From Candidatus Omnitrophota bacterium (GTDB lineage: Bacteria > Omnitrophota > Gorgyraeia > Gygaellales > Profunditerraquicolaceae), in the NCBI GenBank assembly GCA_049275655.1, contig JBASUY010000020.1, positions 2,651 to 66,650 of the forward strand: a DNA stretch of 64,000 nucleotides. Direction: 5' to 3'. Position 1 is the stretch's first letter. Every line of letters starts with the position of its first letter. This document shows positions 10,089-19,976 of this stretch, in pieces. A program made the translations under genes and the position numbers. The notes under the pieces are model-generated. The model made no database searches. It was not told the origin of the DNA and was given only the letters and a program-made list of their open reading frames with translations.

Positions 10089-12051
10089 TTTTTAGCTTTT
10101 TTATCTTATCCCTTAAAGAGGCAGCTTTTTCAAATTGCAGGTTTCTTGCTGCTAACTCCATCTCATATTGTAACTGGGATATATACTTATGTAAATGATA
10201 TTCATCTTTGTTCTCCCCGGTTAAGGAAGCTGTAAAATCCTCAACCCTTGATAAAACCTCTATTCCCTCTTTAAGCCCTTTTCTTATTGAGCGGGGGGTA
10301 ATATTATTCTTTTTATTAAAGGCAGACTGTATCCTTCTTCTACGCTTACTCTCATTAATGGCTTTAAGCATAGATTTAGTAACCGTATCTGCATACATAA
10401 TAACGCAGCCGTTTATATTGCGCGCAGCGCGCCCGGCAACCTGAATAAGGCTTGTTGTTGAGCGCAAGAAGCCTTCTTTATCTGCGTCGAGAATAGCCAC
10501 CAAAGATACCTCGGGTAAATCTAAACCCTCCCTTAAAAGGTTTATCCCTACAAGGCAGTCAAATTCCTTCTTTCTTAGGTCCATTAGGATCTTACTGCGT
10601 TCAATAGTTTGAATATCCGAATGGAGGTATTTTACTCTAAGCCTGCGCTCCTGAAGATACCCGGTTAAGTCTTCTGCCATCCGCTTAGTAAGGGTGGTTA
10701 CAAGAGTACGCTCATTTCTCTTAGAGCGCTTCTTAACCTCTTTAACTAAATCTTCTATCTGCCCTTTAGTCTTACGGACTAGTATCTTAGGATCAAGCAA
10801 TCCCGTAGGCCTTATGACCTGTTCTATTACCTTTCCTTTAGATTTTTTAATCTCGTATTCCCCGGGGGTTGCCGAAACAAAGACTACTCTTTTTACCAAG
10901 CTTAAAAATTCTTTAAACTTTAAAGGGCGGTTATCAAGGCACGAAGGAAGACGAAAACCATGCTCAACAAGGACTTCCTTACGCGCCCTATCCCCTTCAT
11001 ACATGCCGCCTATCTGAGGGACTGTTGCATGGGATTCGTCAATGATAACTAAAAACCCTTCTTTTTTTGGGAAATAATCTATTAAAGTGTAAGGGCGGGC
11101 TCCGGGAGCTTGACCGGTAAGATGCCGGGAATAGTTCTCTATCCCGTGGCAGTAGCCAATCTCTTTAAGCATCTCTAAATCATACTTAGTCCGAGCTTCA
11201 AGCCTTTGGGCCTCTAATAACTTATTCTCTGACCTTAGTTTTTTTAAGTGTGCAGATAATTCGTCATTTATCGAGCGGCAGGCGTTATTAATCGTATCTT
11301 TTGAAACCATAAAATGCTTTGCAGGGTAGATAAATACCTGTTTTAGGCTTTCGTTTATCTTGCCTGATACGGGGTTAAAATCTAAGATACGGCTTATTCT
11401 TTCGCCTGCAAGCTCTATACGGATAGCCTTTTCTAAGTAAGAAGGAAATATTTCTAAGGTATCCCCCCTTACCCTTAGGCGCCCGCGGATAAATTCATAG
11501 TCATTTCTTTCATACTGCATAAGGATAAGTTTTTCAATTAGGTTATCCCTCTTAAGTTTTTGATTAAGGCTTAAAGAGATGAGCATATCTTGATAGCTTT
11601 TGGGGTCCCCGAGATTGTAAATACAAGAAACAGAGGATACAATTATCAAGTCTCTGCGGCTTAAAAGAGAAGCTGTAGCTGAAAGGCGCAAGCGGTCTAA
11701 ACGTTCATTTATAGAGGCGTCTTTTTCTATATAGGTATCCGTAGAGGGGATGTATGCTTCCGGTTGGTAGTAGTCGTAATAACTGACAAAATATTCTACC
11801 GCGTTATGCGGAAAAAATTCTTTAAACTCAGAATAGAGTTGTGCCGCTAAAGTTTTATTATGGGATATTACTAAAACCGGAAGGTTGACCTTAGCAATTA
11901 CAGAGGCTAAGGTAAAAGTCTTTCCTGAACCAGTAGTTCCTAATAAAGTAGAGTAAGGTTCTTTGGCAATAATATTGTAAGTAAGTTCTTTAATTGCCTT
12001 AGGCTGGTCCCCGCGAGGCTTAAATTTACTGCAAAGATTAAACTTTGACAT
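10069..12051 (-). CDS. uvrB: Excinuclease ABC subunit B
   Basis: 660 aa with Walker A GTTGSGKT, a helicase-like core, and the C-terminal UvrB/UvrC interaction motif region. Confidence 0.95.
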   Translation of the reverse strand: MSKFNLCSKFKPRGDQPKAIKELTYNIIAKEPYSTLLGTTGSGKTFTLASVIAKVNLPVLVISHNKTLAAQLYSEFKEFFPHNAVEYFVSYYDYYQPEAYIPSTDTYIEKDASINERLDRLRLSATASLLSRRDLIIVSSVSCIYNLGDPKSYQDMLISLSLNQKLKRDNLIEKLILMQYERNDYEFIRGRLRVRGDTLEIFPSYLEKAIRIELAGERISRILDFNPVSGKINESLKQVFIYPAKHFMVSKDTINNACRSINDELSAHLKKLRSENKLLEAQRLEARTKYDLEMLKEIGYCHGIENYSRHLTGQAPGARPYTLIDYFPKKEGFLVIIDESHATVPQIGGMYEGDRARKEVLVEHGFRLPSCLDNRPLKFKEFLSLVKRVVFVSATPGEYEIKKSKGKVIEQVIRPTGLLDPKILVRKTKGQIEDLVKEVKKRSKRNERTLVTTLTKRMAEDLTGYLQERRLRVKYLHSDIQTIERSKILMDLRKKEFDCLVGINLLREGLDLPEVSLVAILDADKEGFLRSTTSLIQVAGRAARNINGCVIMYADTVTKSMLKAINESKRRRRIQSAFNKKNNITPRSIRKGLKEGIEVLSRVEDFTASLTGENKDEYHLHKYISQLQYEMELAARNLQFEKAASLRDKIKKLKNEPLKR

Positions 12052-12117
12052 AAAAAGCTTATTTTTTATTCATCTTAAAAATAAAATAGAGGATAGTTTC
12101 TCTCGTGGAGGATTTAG

Positions 12118-12975
12118 CTATGTAATCTCTAAAGAGATATCAACTGATTTTACTGAATCCGTAATCTCTCCTATGGAGATAATATCCACTCCGCTTGCGG
12201 CAACCTCTTTGATATTATCAATATTTATTTCTCCGCTAGCCTCTAATAAAGTAGGAGGATGATGGCTTTTAAATTCAGTATTATTCCTTATCTTTACTGC
12301 TTCTTTTATCTCTCCAAGACTCATATTATCAAGCATAATTACATCCGGCTTAAAGTATAAGGCGTGTTTAAACTCGGCAATATTTTGGACCTCTATCTCT
12401 ATCTTAAAGCCCTTAGGCACGCTGGGGAGCTTGTCATAACCGTTAGTTACCTTTATATGATTATCTTTAATAAGAATCATCTCATCTAACCCCATTCTAT
12501 GGTTGTAGCCTCCGCCTACGCGCACCGCATATTTTTGAAGCTCCCTTAACCCGGGAATAGTCTTTCGAGTGTCAGATATTTTAGTTTTATAGGGTTTAAT
12601 CTCTTCAACAAATTCTCTTGTTCGCGTGGCTATCCCGGACATCATCCCTAAAAGGTTAAGCGCTACCCGCTCTGAGGTTAGTATGCTGGAGGCCTTTCCT
12701 GATATCCTAGCGATAGCCTTAGGCCTCTTTGCCCTTATCTTTTTGCCCTCCTCAACTAAGCTTTTAAAGATAACTGAGCTGTCTACCGTCTTAAAAACCC
12801 TTTCAGCTACCTCTAGGCCGCAGACAACAGAATCTTCTTTCAGTATTATTTTTGCTATTATCTCTTTTTCTTTCGGGATAGTTAGTTGCGTAGTAATATC
12901 CCCTTTGCCTATATCTTCTAACAAAGCATGGCGCACTACATAGTCCAATTTTTCACGGTTAAGTTTTAAGTCCAT
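12118..12975 (-). CDS. nadC: Nicotinate-nucleotide pyrophosphorylase (quinolinate phosphoribosyltransferase)
   Basis: 285 aa with a QPRTase-type TIM barrel sequence (KDNHI, LDNM motifs). Confidence 0.85.
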   Translation of the reverse strand: MDLKLNREKLDYVVRHALLEDIGKGDITTQLTIPKEKEIIAKIILKEDSVVCGLEVAERVFKTVDSSVIFKSLVEEGKKIRAKRPKAIARISGKASSILTSERVALNLLGMMSGIATRTREFVEEIKPYKTKISDTRKTIPGLRELQKYAVRVGGGYNHRMGLDEMILIKDNHIKVTNGYDKLPSVPKGFKIEIEVQNIAEFKHALYFKPDVIMLDNMSLGEIKEAVKIRNNTEFKSHHPPTLLEASGEINIDNIKEVAASGVDIISIGEITDSVKSVDISLEIT

Positions 12976-15595
12976 CTTTTAGCCCCCTTAATTTTTTTAA
13001 TTCTTCCGTTAATGTGCGTAATTTTTCCTTTTCAGCATTAATTATTTCTTGTGGAGCCTTTTTTACAAAGTTCTTATTTTTAAGCAAGCGCTCCTTTGCT
13101 TGAATATCGGATTGGTATTTTACAATCCCCTTTTCTATATTTTCTATTTGTTTTTGAATGCCCGATACCTCCGTTAGCGGGATTACGATATGCATCCCTT
13201 TGAGTACATTTACATAGGTATTCTTTGAATACTTGTAGGCGTTTTCTATGGATACCTGATTAAGCCTTAAGAGTTGTTTTATAGTTAAGATATGGGATTC
13301 TAATAATAACCGGTTGAGCTTTGTTGAAGGGTAAATCAGAACCTTTAGCGTAGTATCGCAAGACGCTAAATTAAGGTCCATGCGCATACTCCTTATAACT
13401 CCTACAACCTCAAATATCTGGCCCATCTTTTTCTCTAAGGCAATATCAATGGCTTCTTTTTTAAGCTTTGGCCATGAAGAGACCATAATTGATTTATTCT
13501 TGGCCGGTAACCTTTGCCAAATCTCTTCGGTAATAAAAGGCATAAAGGGATGCGTTATCCTCAATGTTTTTTCTAAGATGCTATACATAATTAATTGATT
13601 ATGGGGATTTGTTGTATCTTGTTTAATAATCTCAAGGTAGCGGTCGCAAAATTCATGCCAAAAGAAAGAATAAATAGCATTAATTGCCTCATTTAGTTTA
13701 TAGGCATTTAGGTATTTTTCTACTTTTATTAAGGTTGAGTAAAACCTGCTTAATATCCAAGAGTTAACCGAGGTTAAAGATTTTTGAGTAAATAAAGCGG
13801 TAAGGTTTAAATCGGTATTTTTTATATCAAGGTTTGTTAGGATAAACCGCGAAGCGTTCCATATCTTATTGGCAAAGTTTCTGCCCTGTTCAAACTTTTC
13901 TTTTGATAAAAATAAATCTTGGCCCTGAGAAGCAGCAGAGATCAGGCTAAAACGTAAAGCATCCGTCCCGTATTCTTTTATAATATCTAAAGGGTCAATG
14001 CTATTACCTAAAGACTTAGACATTTTTTTCCCTTCTCTATCACGTACTGTCCCATGGATATAGACATCTTCAAAAGGCACTCTGCCTTTAAACTCTAATC
14101 CCGCCATAATCATCCGGGCAACCCAAAAAAATATAATCTCAGGAGCAGTTACTAGAACAGATGACGGGTAGTAATACTCAAGGTCTTTTTTTGATATGCC
14201 TGCAAAAGGCCAAAGCCAAGAAGAAAACCAAGTATCTAAGACATCTTCGTCTTGATATATATTGCTTCCGTTGCATTTAGGGCAAAGTTGTGGTTTGGTT
14301 CTAGATACTATAATCTGCTTATCCTCACCACAATCCTTACAGTAATAGACAGGGATTCTATGCCCCCACCATATCTGTCTTGATATGCACCAGTCCTGTA
14401 TGTTATTCATCCAATTAAGATAAACCTTTGTCCAGCGATTAGGATAGAACCTTACCTTTTTGTCTTTCACTGCCTTAATTGCTGGCTTAGCTAAAGGTTG
14501 CATCTTGACAAACCATTGCTTTGATAAGTACGGCTCTACTATTGTATGGCAACGGTAGCAATGGCCCGTCGATAATTTATGCGGCTCTATTTTTTCTAAT
14601 AACCCTAAAGATTTTAAGTCTTTGATAATCTCTTCTCTAGCCTTAAACCTATCTAAATTGCAATATTTTCCTGCAGAGGCGTTCATCTTTGCATCCGGAT
14701 TCATAACGTTTATAAAATCTAAATTATGCTTTTTTGCAAGCAGGTAGTCATTAGGGTCATGAGCAGGGGTAATCTTAACAGCGCCGCTACCGAACTTCAT
14801 ATCTATAGAGGTATCTGCTATTATTTTTATTGGGCGGTCCACAAGAGGCAGGGTTACTATTTTACCGATTAATTTTTTATAACGGCTATCTTTAGGGTTA
14901 ACTGCCACTGCAGTATCTCCGAGCATAGTTTCAGGTCGGGTGGTAGCAACAAGAATATATCCGGATGAGTCTTTTAACGGGTATCTTAAATAGTAAAGCT
15001 TGCCTTCTAAGGGTTGATGGGCAGCTTCCTCGTTGGATAAAGCTGTCTGGCAACGCGGGCACCAATTGATAATATATCTTCCGCGATAGATTAACCCTTT
15101 TTCGTAGAGTTTTATAAAAATATCCGTTACTGCTTTAGAATAATCTTTGTCCATAGTAAAGCGTAACCTATTCCAATCGCAGGAAGCGCCTATTTTTTTA
15201 AGTTGATGGATTATCGTAGAGCCGTATTCTTCTCTCCAGAGCCAAACTCTCTCAATAAATTTATCCCTTCCTAAATCCTGCCGCTTTAAACCATCTTTAA
15301 GCAGGGTTTTTTCTACTACATTTTGAGTAGCTATCCCTGCATGGTCTGTCCCGGGGAACCACAAAGCCTCAAACCCAAGCATCCTTTTATAACGTATAAG
15401 TATATCCTGTATTGTATTGTTTAAGGCATGTCCCATATGCAGTATCCCTGTTACGTTAGGCGGAGGGATTATAATGGCATAGGGGGTTTTATGGGAGTTA
15501 GGTTTAGAGCCAAAGAAACCACTATCCTCCCAATATTTATACCAATGCCCTTCAACCTCTAGGGGGGCGTAGTGTTTTTTTAGTTCGCTATTCAT
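12959..15595 (-). CDS. valS: Valine--tRNA ligase
   Basis: 878 aa. HIGH motif (PPNVTGILHMGHALN), KMSKS motif (KMSKSLGN), and a C-terminal coiled coil. Confidence 0.95.
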   Translation of the reverse strand: MNSELKKHYAPLEVEGHWYKYWEDSGFFGSKPNSHKTPYAIIIPPPNVTGILHMGHALNNTIQDILIRYKRMLGFEALWFPGTDHAGIATQNVVEKTLLKDGLKRQDLGRDKFIERVWLWREEYGSTIIHQLKKIGASCDWNRLRFTMDKDYSKAVTDIFIKLYEKGLIYRGRYIINWCPRCQTALSNEEAAHQPLEGKLYYLRYPLKDSSGYILVATTRPETMLGDTAVAVNPKDSRYKKLIGKIVTLPLVDRPIKIIADTSIDMKFGSGAVKITPAHDPNDYLLAKKHNLDFINVMNPDAKMNASAGKYCNLDRFKAREEIIKDLKSLGLLEKIEPHKLSTGHCYRCHTIVEPYLSKQWFVKMQPLAKPAIKAVKDKKVRFYPNRWTKVYLNWMNNIQDWCISRQIWWGHRIPVYYCKDCGEDKQIIVSRTKPQLCPKCNGSNIYQDEDVLDTWFSSWLWPFAGISKKDLEYYYPSSVLVTAPEIIFFWVARMIMAGLEFKGRVPFEDVYIHGTVRDREGKKMSKSLGNSIDPLDIIKEYGTDALRFSLISAASQGQDLFLSKEKFEQGRNFANKIWNASRFILTNLDIKNTDLNLTALFTQKSLTSVNSWILSRFYSTLIKVEKYLNAYKLNEAINAIYSFFWHEFCDRYLEIIKQDTTNPHNQLIMYSILEKTLRITHPFMPFITEEIWQRLPAKNKSIMVSSWPKLKKEAIDIALEKKMGQIFEVVGVIRSMRMDLNLASCDTTLKVLIYPSTKLNRLLLESHILTIKQLLRLNQVSIENAYKYSKNTYVNVLKGMHIVIPLTEVSGIQKQIENIEKGIVKYQSDIQAKERLLKNKNFVKKAPQEIINAEKEKLRTLTEELKKLRGLKDGLKT

Positions 15596-17160
15596 TTAAT
15601 ATTATCTTTTAAGAGTTTATATTCAATACTATCAACAAGCGCTTGCCAGCTGGCTTCAATTATATTCTCTGAGACCCCTATTGTACTCCATGAGTTTTTT
15701 GCATCTTCCGATTGTATTAATACCCTAACCTTTGCCGCAGTCCCGGATTTTTCATCAAGGACACGTACCTTAAAGTCAGTAAGGCGCATCTTAGAAAGAG
15801 TAGGATAATAATCTTTGAGCGCTTTTCTTAGGGCATTATCGAGGGCATTTACCGGCCCTTCCCCCATAGATACGGTATGCTCTCTCTTCCCTTTAATGCG
15901 CAATTTGATAATCGCCTCCGTAGTTATCCGCCTGTTGGATTGTTTTTCGGTTGTTACCCTAAAGCCTTCCAGCTCAAAAAATTTACCGAGTTTTCTTAAG
16001 GCTCGCCTCATTAGAATCTCAAAAGATGCCTCTGCCGCTTCAAAGTGATACCCTTTATGTTCTAATTTTTGCACGAGTTGTAAAATCTTTTTAGCGTCGG
16101 GAGAATCTTTTTTTATGCTAAGGTTTAAATCTTTTGCCCGCGTTAATACTCCGGATTTACCGGCTAATTCAGAGACAAGAACCCTGCGGGTATTTCCGAC
16201 TAAAGAAGGATCTATATGTTCGTATGTCTTAGGGTTTTTAATAATAGCATTGATATGCATCCCCCCTTTATGCGCAAAACTAGATTGGCCGACATAGGGT
16301 TGGTCGTTTTTATGTTTTAAATTGCTGATCTCGCTTATAAAATGCGAAATGTGGGTTAATTCTTTAAGTTTTTCATCGGCAATACAATTTATCCCCATTT
16401 TAAGCTTAAGGTTAGCGATTATAGGTATAAGGTCAGCATTTCCCGCCCTCTCTCCTATTCCATTTATAGTCCCTTGCACCATATCAGCTCCGGCTAATAC
16501 GGCGGCAAGAGAATTGGCTATCGCGCAACCGGTATCGTTATGGCAATGTATTCCTATGCCTACCCTAAGTTTTCCTTTAAGTAAAGATACTACCTGTGTA
16601 ATTTCATGCGGTAGGGTTCCGCCGTTAGTATCGCATAGGCAAATCTGCTTTGCCCCTGCTTCCTGGGCGGCTAAAAGGGTTTCAATAGCATAGTTTTTAT
16701 TGTGGTTAAAGGCCTCAAAAAAGTGTTCTGCATCATAAAAGACGGTTAATCCTTTGGACGTAAGATAGCTGATTGTATCTTTTATCATTTCTATATTTTC
16801 AGCCAAAGTAGCCTTTAAGACATCGGTTACATGCAGGTCCCATGTCTTTCCTACTATCGTTATGATATCGGCATTTGACTTAAGAAGAGAGTTTATATTT
16901 GGGTCATTTTTGGCTTTTAAGTTTAACCTGCGGGTCATGCTAAATGCGGCAAGTTTGGAATTATTAAGCTTTACCCTACCCATCTTAAGGAAAAATTCCA
17001 TATCTTTAGGATTAGAGCCGGGCCAACCTCCTTCTATAAAGTGAATCCCTAAGAGGTCTAATTCTTTAACGATGCGGATTTTATCCGTTACCGAATATGA
17101 TATCCCTTCGGCTTGTGAACCGTCGCGTAGTGTAGTGTCATATATCTTAACCAGTTTCAT
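15592..17160 (-). CDS. cimA: (R)-citramalate synthase (2-isopropylmalate synthase family)
   Basis: 522 aa. N-terminal KIYDTTLRDGSQAEGIS is the DRE-TIM metallolyase signature. Its length and C-terminal regulatory domain are typical of CimA. Confidence 0.75.
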   Translation of the reverse strand: MKLVKIYDTTLRDGSQAEGISYSVTDKIRIVKELDLLGIHFIEGGWPGSNPKDMEFFLKMGRVKLNNSKLAAFSMTRRLNLKAKNDPNINSLLKSNADIITIVGKTWDLHVTDVLKATLAENIEMIKDTISYLTSKGLTVFYDAEHFFEAFNHNKNYAIETLLAAQEAGAKQICLCDTNGGTLPHEITQVVSLLKGKLRVGIGIHCHNDTGCAIANSLAAVLAGADMVQGTINGIGERAGNADLIPIIANLKLKMGINCIADEKLKELTHISHFISEISNLKHKNDQPYVGQSSFAHKGGMHINAIIKNPKTYEHIDPSLVGNTRRVLVSELAGKSGVLTRAKDLNLSIKKDSPDAKKILQLVQKLEHKGYHFEAAEASFEILMRRALRKLGKFFELEGFRVTTEKQSNRRITTEAIIKLRIKGKREHTVSMGEGPVNALDNALRKALKDYYPTLSKMRLTDFKVRVLDEKSGTAAKVRVLIQSEDAKNSWSTIGVSENIIEASWQALVDSIEYKLLKDNIK

Positions 17161-17173
17161 ATCTGCCTCTCTT

Positions 17174-18397
17174 TTATCTTTTTGTTAACCCAAACTTGCT
17201 ATGCAAGGCACGAACGGCCTTTTGGGCAAACTTTTTTTGCACTATACAGGAGATACTGATATCGGAGGTTGAAATCATCTCTATATTTATCTTATGCCTT
17301 GCTAAGACTTCAAACATCTTTCCGGCTACGCCGGGATGAGACTTCATCCCAACCCCTACAATAGAGATACGCGCTATATCCGCATTCTTGACTACCTCCT
17401 TTATTCCTATATCCGGCTTAATTTTATTTATTAATTTTATTGCGTTTAAGGCATCGGCTCTATCTACGGTAAAAGATATATCTGTTTTTCTAAGGTGGCT
17501 TACGTTTTGTACTATCATATCCACGCTTACTTCTTTATCCGCCAGTTCATTAAATATCTTTGCTGCTATCCCCGGCTGGTCGGGGACATTGCGTACGGTG
17601 ATCTTAACTTCATTTTTATTCATAGTGATTGCAGAGACTACTACATCTTCCATATTTTTAACCTCCTTAATAATCATCGTTCCGGAATTATTATTAAAGC
17701 TGGAACGGACATGTATAGGCACATTGAATTTTTTAGCTACTTCTATGGAGCGCGCCTGCATTATCTGTGCGCCCAAAGAAGCCATCTCCAGCATCTCATC
17801 ATAGGTAATCTCTTTTATCTTTCTTGCCTTTGGCTCAACTGCAGGGTCTGTTGTGTATATTCCTTTGACATCCGTATAGATTTCGCATTTATCCGCCCCC
17901 AGCTCTTTGGCCAGAGCAACAGCAGTAAGGTCTGAGCCACCCCTGCCTAAAGTGGTTATATCCTGATTTAGATTTACTCCTTGGAACCCCGCGACCACTA
18001 CAACCTGCCCTTTTTTTATCGCCTCTTTGATTTTATCGGCATTTATTTTTATGATTCGTGCGCGGGTATGGGAGGAGTCTGTTATAATTCCTACTTGCGC
18101 TCCAGTAAATGATACTGCTTCGGTTTTAAGTTTTTGAATAGCCATTGCCAAAAGAGCAACGGATATCTGTTCGCCGGTTGAAAGGAGCATATCCATCTCC
18201 CGCTTAGAAGGTTTATTAGTTATTTTTGAAGAGAGCTTTATCAAATCGTCGGTAGTATCCCCTAAGGCAGAGACTACCACAACTAGGTTAAAGCCTTTTT
18301 TTCTGTAACTGACAACTCTTTTGGCGACTTTCAATATGCGCTCTACATTAGCAACAGAAGAGCCGCCGAATTTTTGTATAATTAATTTTTTACTCAT
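17174..18397 (-). CDS. lysC: Aspartate kinase
   Basis: Amino-acid kinase fold (KFGGSSV) plus two C-terminal ACT domains. Start set at MSKKLIIQKFGG, the internal Met of the track ORF, which just overlaps the cstA stop. Confidence 0.9.
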   Translation of the reverse strand: MSKKLIIQKFGGSSVANVERILKVAKRVVSYRKKGFNLVVVVSALGDTTDDLIKLSSKITNKPSKREMDMLLSTGEQISVALLAMAIQKLKTEAVSFTGAQVGIITDSSHTRARIIKINADKIKEAIKKGQVVVVAGFQGVNLNQDITTLGRGGSDLTAVALAKELGADKCEIYTDVKGIYTTDPAVEPKARKIKEITYDEMLEMASLGAQIMQARSIEVAKKFNVPIHVRSSFNNNSGTMIIKEVKNMEDVVVSAITMNKNEVKITVRNVPDQPGIAAKIFNELADKEVSVDMIVQNVSHLRKTDISFTVDRADALNAIKLINKIKPDIGIKEVVKNADIARISIVGVGMKSHPGVAGKMFEVLARHKINIEMISTSDISISCIVQKKFAQKAVRALHSKFGLTKR

Positions 18398-19976
18398 CTT
18401 TTTTTCTCCTGATAACTTTAAATATAAGTTCAATAGTCATAAAGGATGCTAATAAAAGCAATAAAAGAGTTATTATAAAAAGAGGTAAATCCCTTTGCCT
18501 GATATATTCAAAAGCCTGAAGAGCCAATGCCCCCATGGATGTAGCAAGCATAAATATAGCAGGTAAGAATACTAAAGCCGAAGGCCTACTTTTAGATAAT
18601 AAATATGCCCCTAAAACAAATAAGGCAAGCGTTGCTACTAACTGATTAGCCGCTCCAAATGCAGGCCAGACTTTATTCCATTGCCCGCTTAAGGCTAAGG
18701 ATAAAGAGATAAGCACTATGATTGCAGTAGAAAGGTACCTGTTTTTTATTTGAAACAGCTCTTCTGTTAAATAGCGTAAGATCCTGGTAGCTGTATCTAA
18801 AGTAGTAAGTATAAAAGCATTTAGTATAGTTACTGCAATAAGCCCCCCAAAATCCCCTAAAAATCCTTTAGTTAAGGCATTAAAGCCTTGGGCAAATATG
18901 CCTATAGGGCCTATAGATTTTAAGGCTAACGAAGCGTCCCCCGGAGTTTTGAAGATAATCCCTACGCTAATAATTGCTATTACTGCTAATAACGCTTCTA
19001 CTACCATTCCTCCGTAGCCGATTCTTTTAGCATGGCGCTGACTATTAATTTGTTTAGATGTAGTACCGCTGGATATTAAAGCATGGAAACCCGATACTGC
19101 GCCACAGGCAACCGTAACAAAAAGCATTGGCCAAAGCTTAAGGTTATTAGGTGCCCATTGGGTATAGGAGGGCATGGTAATTTGCGGCCTTGAAAATAAG
19201 ATACCTAAATAACCTATCAATATTCCAAAAAAGAGTAAAAAGCTGGCTAAGTAGTCGCGGGGTTGTAAGAGTAAATTAACCGGAAGTATTGATGCAAGAT
19301 AAGAGTATAAAAATAATACCACTAACCAGAAAAATACCCCTGAAGTTACAGGTAGATGGTTACCGAGCAGAATAAGGCTTAAGAGGAGAATAAGCCCTAA
19401 GGAGGTTGCTAAGAAACTATTTACTTTTAAATAATACAAAAGATAGCCAATTAACAAAGCAACCGGTATAAGCCCTAATGAAGGCAGGACTATCTTAGGT
19501 TCTTTCACAAAGGTATCCGCGCATAGATAAGCAAACACGGATATAATCAATATTAAGGTAAACCATAAAAAAAGCGAGGTTAATATCTTTGCCCTTTTGG
19601 ATATTACCCTTCCTGCGATATCCGAGATAGAGCTCCCCCCTTCTTTTACAGAAGTTATCAAAGAGCCGAAATCATGGACTCCACCTATAAATATAGATCC
19701 TAAGACTACCCATAAGAGCGCCGGAAGCCATCCCCATAAGGCTACTGCAATAACAGGCCCTATAATAGGCCCTGCTCCGGCAATAGAAGAAAAGTGGTGC
19801 CCAAATAAAACCAACCAGTTCCGCGCCGGGACATAGTCTACGTTGTCAAACTTATAATTGGCAGGAGTAGATTTTTTAAAATCAACTTGCCATAATCTTT
19901 CAAGCCTCTTAGCGTAAATAAGATAGCCTGCTCCTAAAAGAATAAAAGCAACTAAAGAGATATAAAGAGCGCTCAT
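18390..19976 (-). CDS. cstA: Carbon starvation protein A family transporter
   Basis: 528 aa polytopic membrane protein with the CstA-like HHFSSIAGAGPIIGPVIA motif. Confidence 0.8.
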   Translation of the reverse strand: MSALYISLVAFILLGAGYLIYAKRLERLWQVDFKKSTPANYKFDNVDYVPARNWLVLFGHHFSSIAGAGPIIGPVIAVALWGWLPALLWVVLGSIFIGGVHDFGSLITSVKEGGSSISDIAGRVISKRAKILTSLFLWFTLILIISVFAYLCADTFVKEPKIVLPSLGLIPVALLIGYLLYYLKVNSFLATSLGLILLLSLILLGNHLPVTSGVFFWLVVLFLYSYLASILPVNLLLQPRDYLASFLLFFGILIGYLGILFSRPQITMPSYTQWAPNNLKLWPMLFVTVACGAVSGFHALISSGTTSKQINSQRHAKRIGYGGMVVEALLAVIAIISVGIIFKTPGDASLALKSIGPIGIFAQGFNALTKGFLGDFGGLIAVTILNAFILTTLDTATRILRYLTEELFQIKNRYLSTAIIVLISLSLALSGQWNKVWPAFGAANQLVATLALFVLGAYLLSKSRPSALVFLPAIFMLATSMGALALQAFEYIRQRDLPLFIITLLLLLLASFMTIELIFKVIRRKKDE

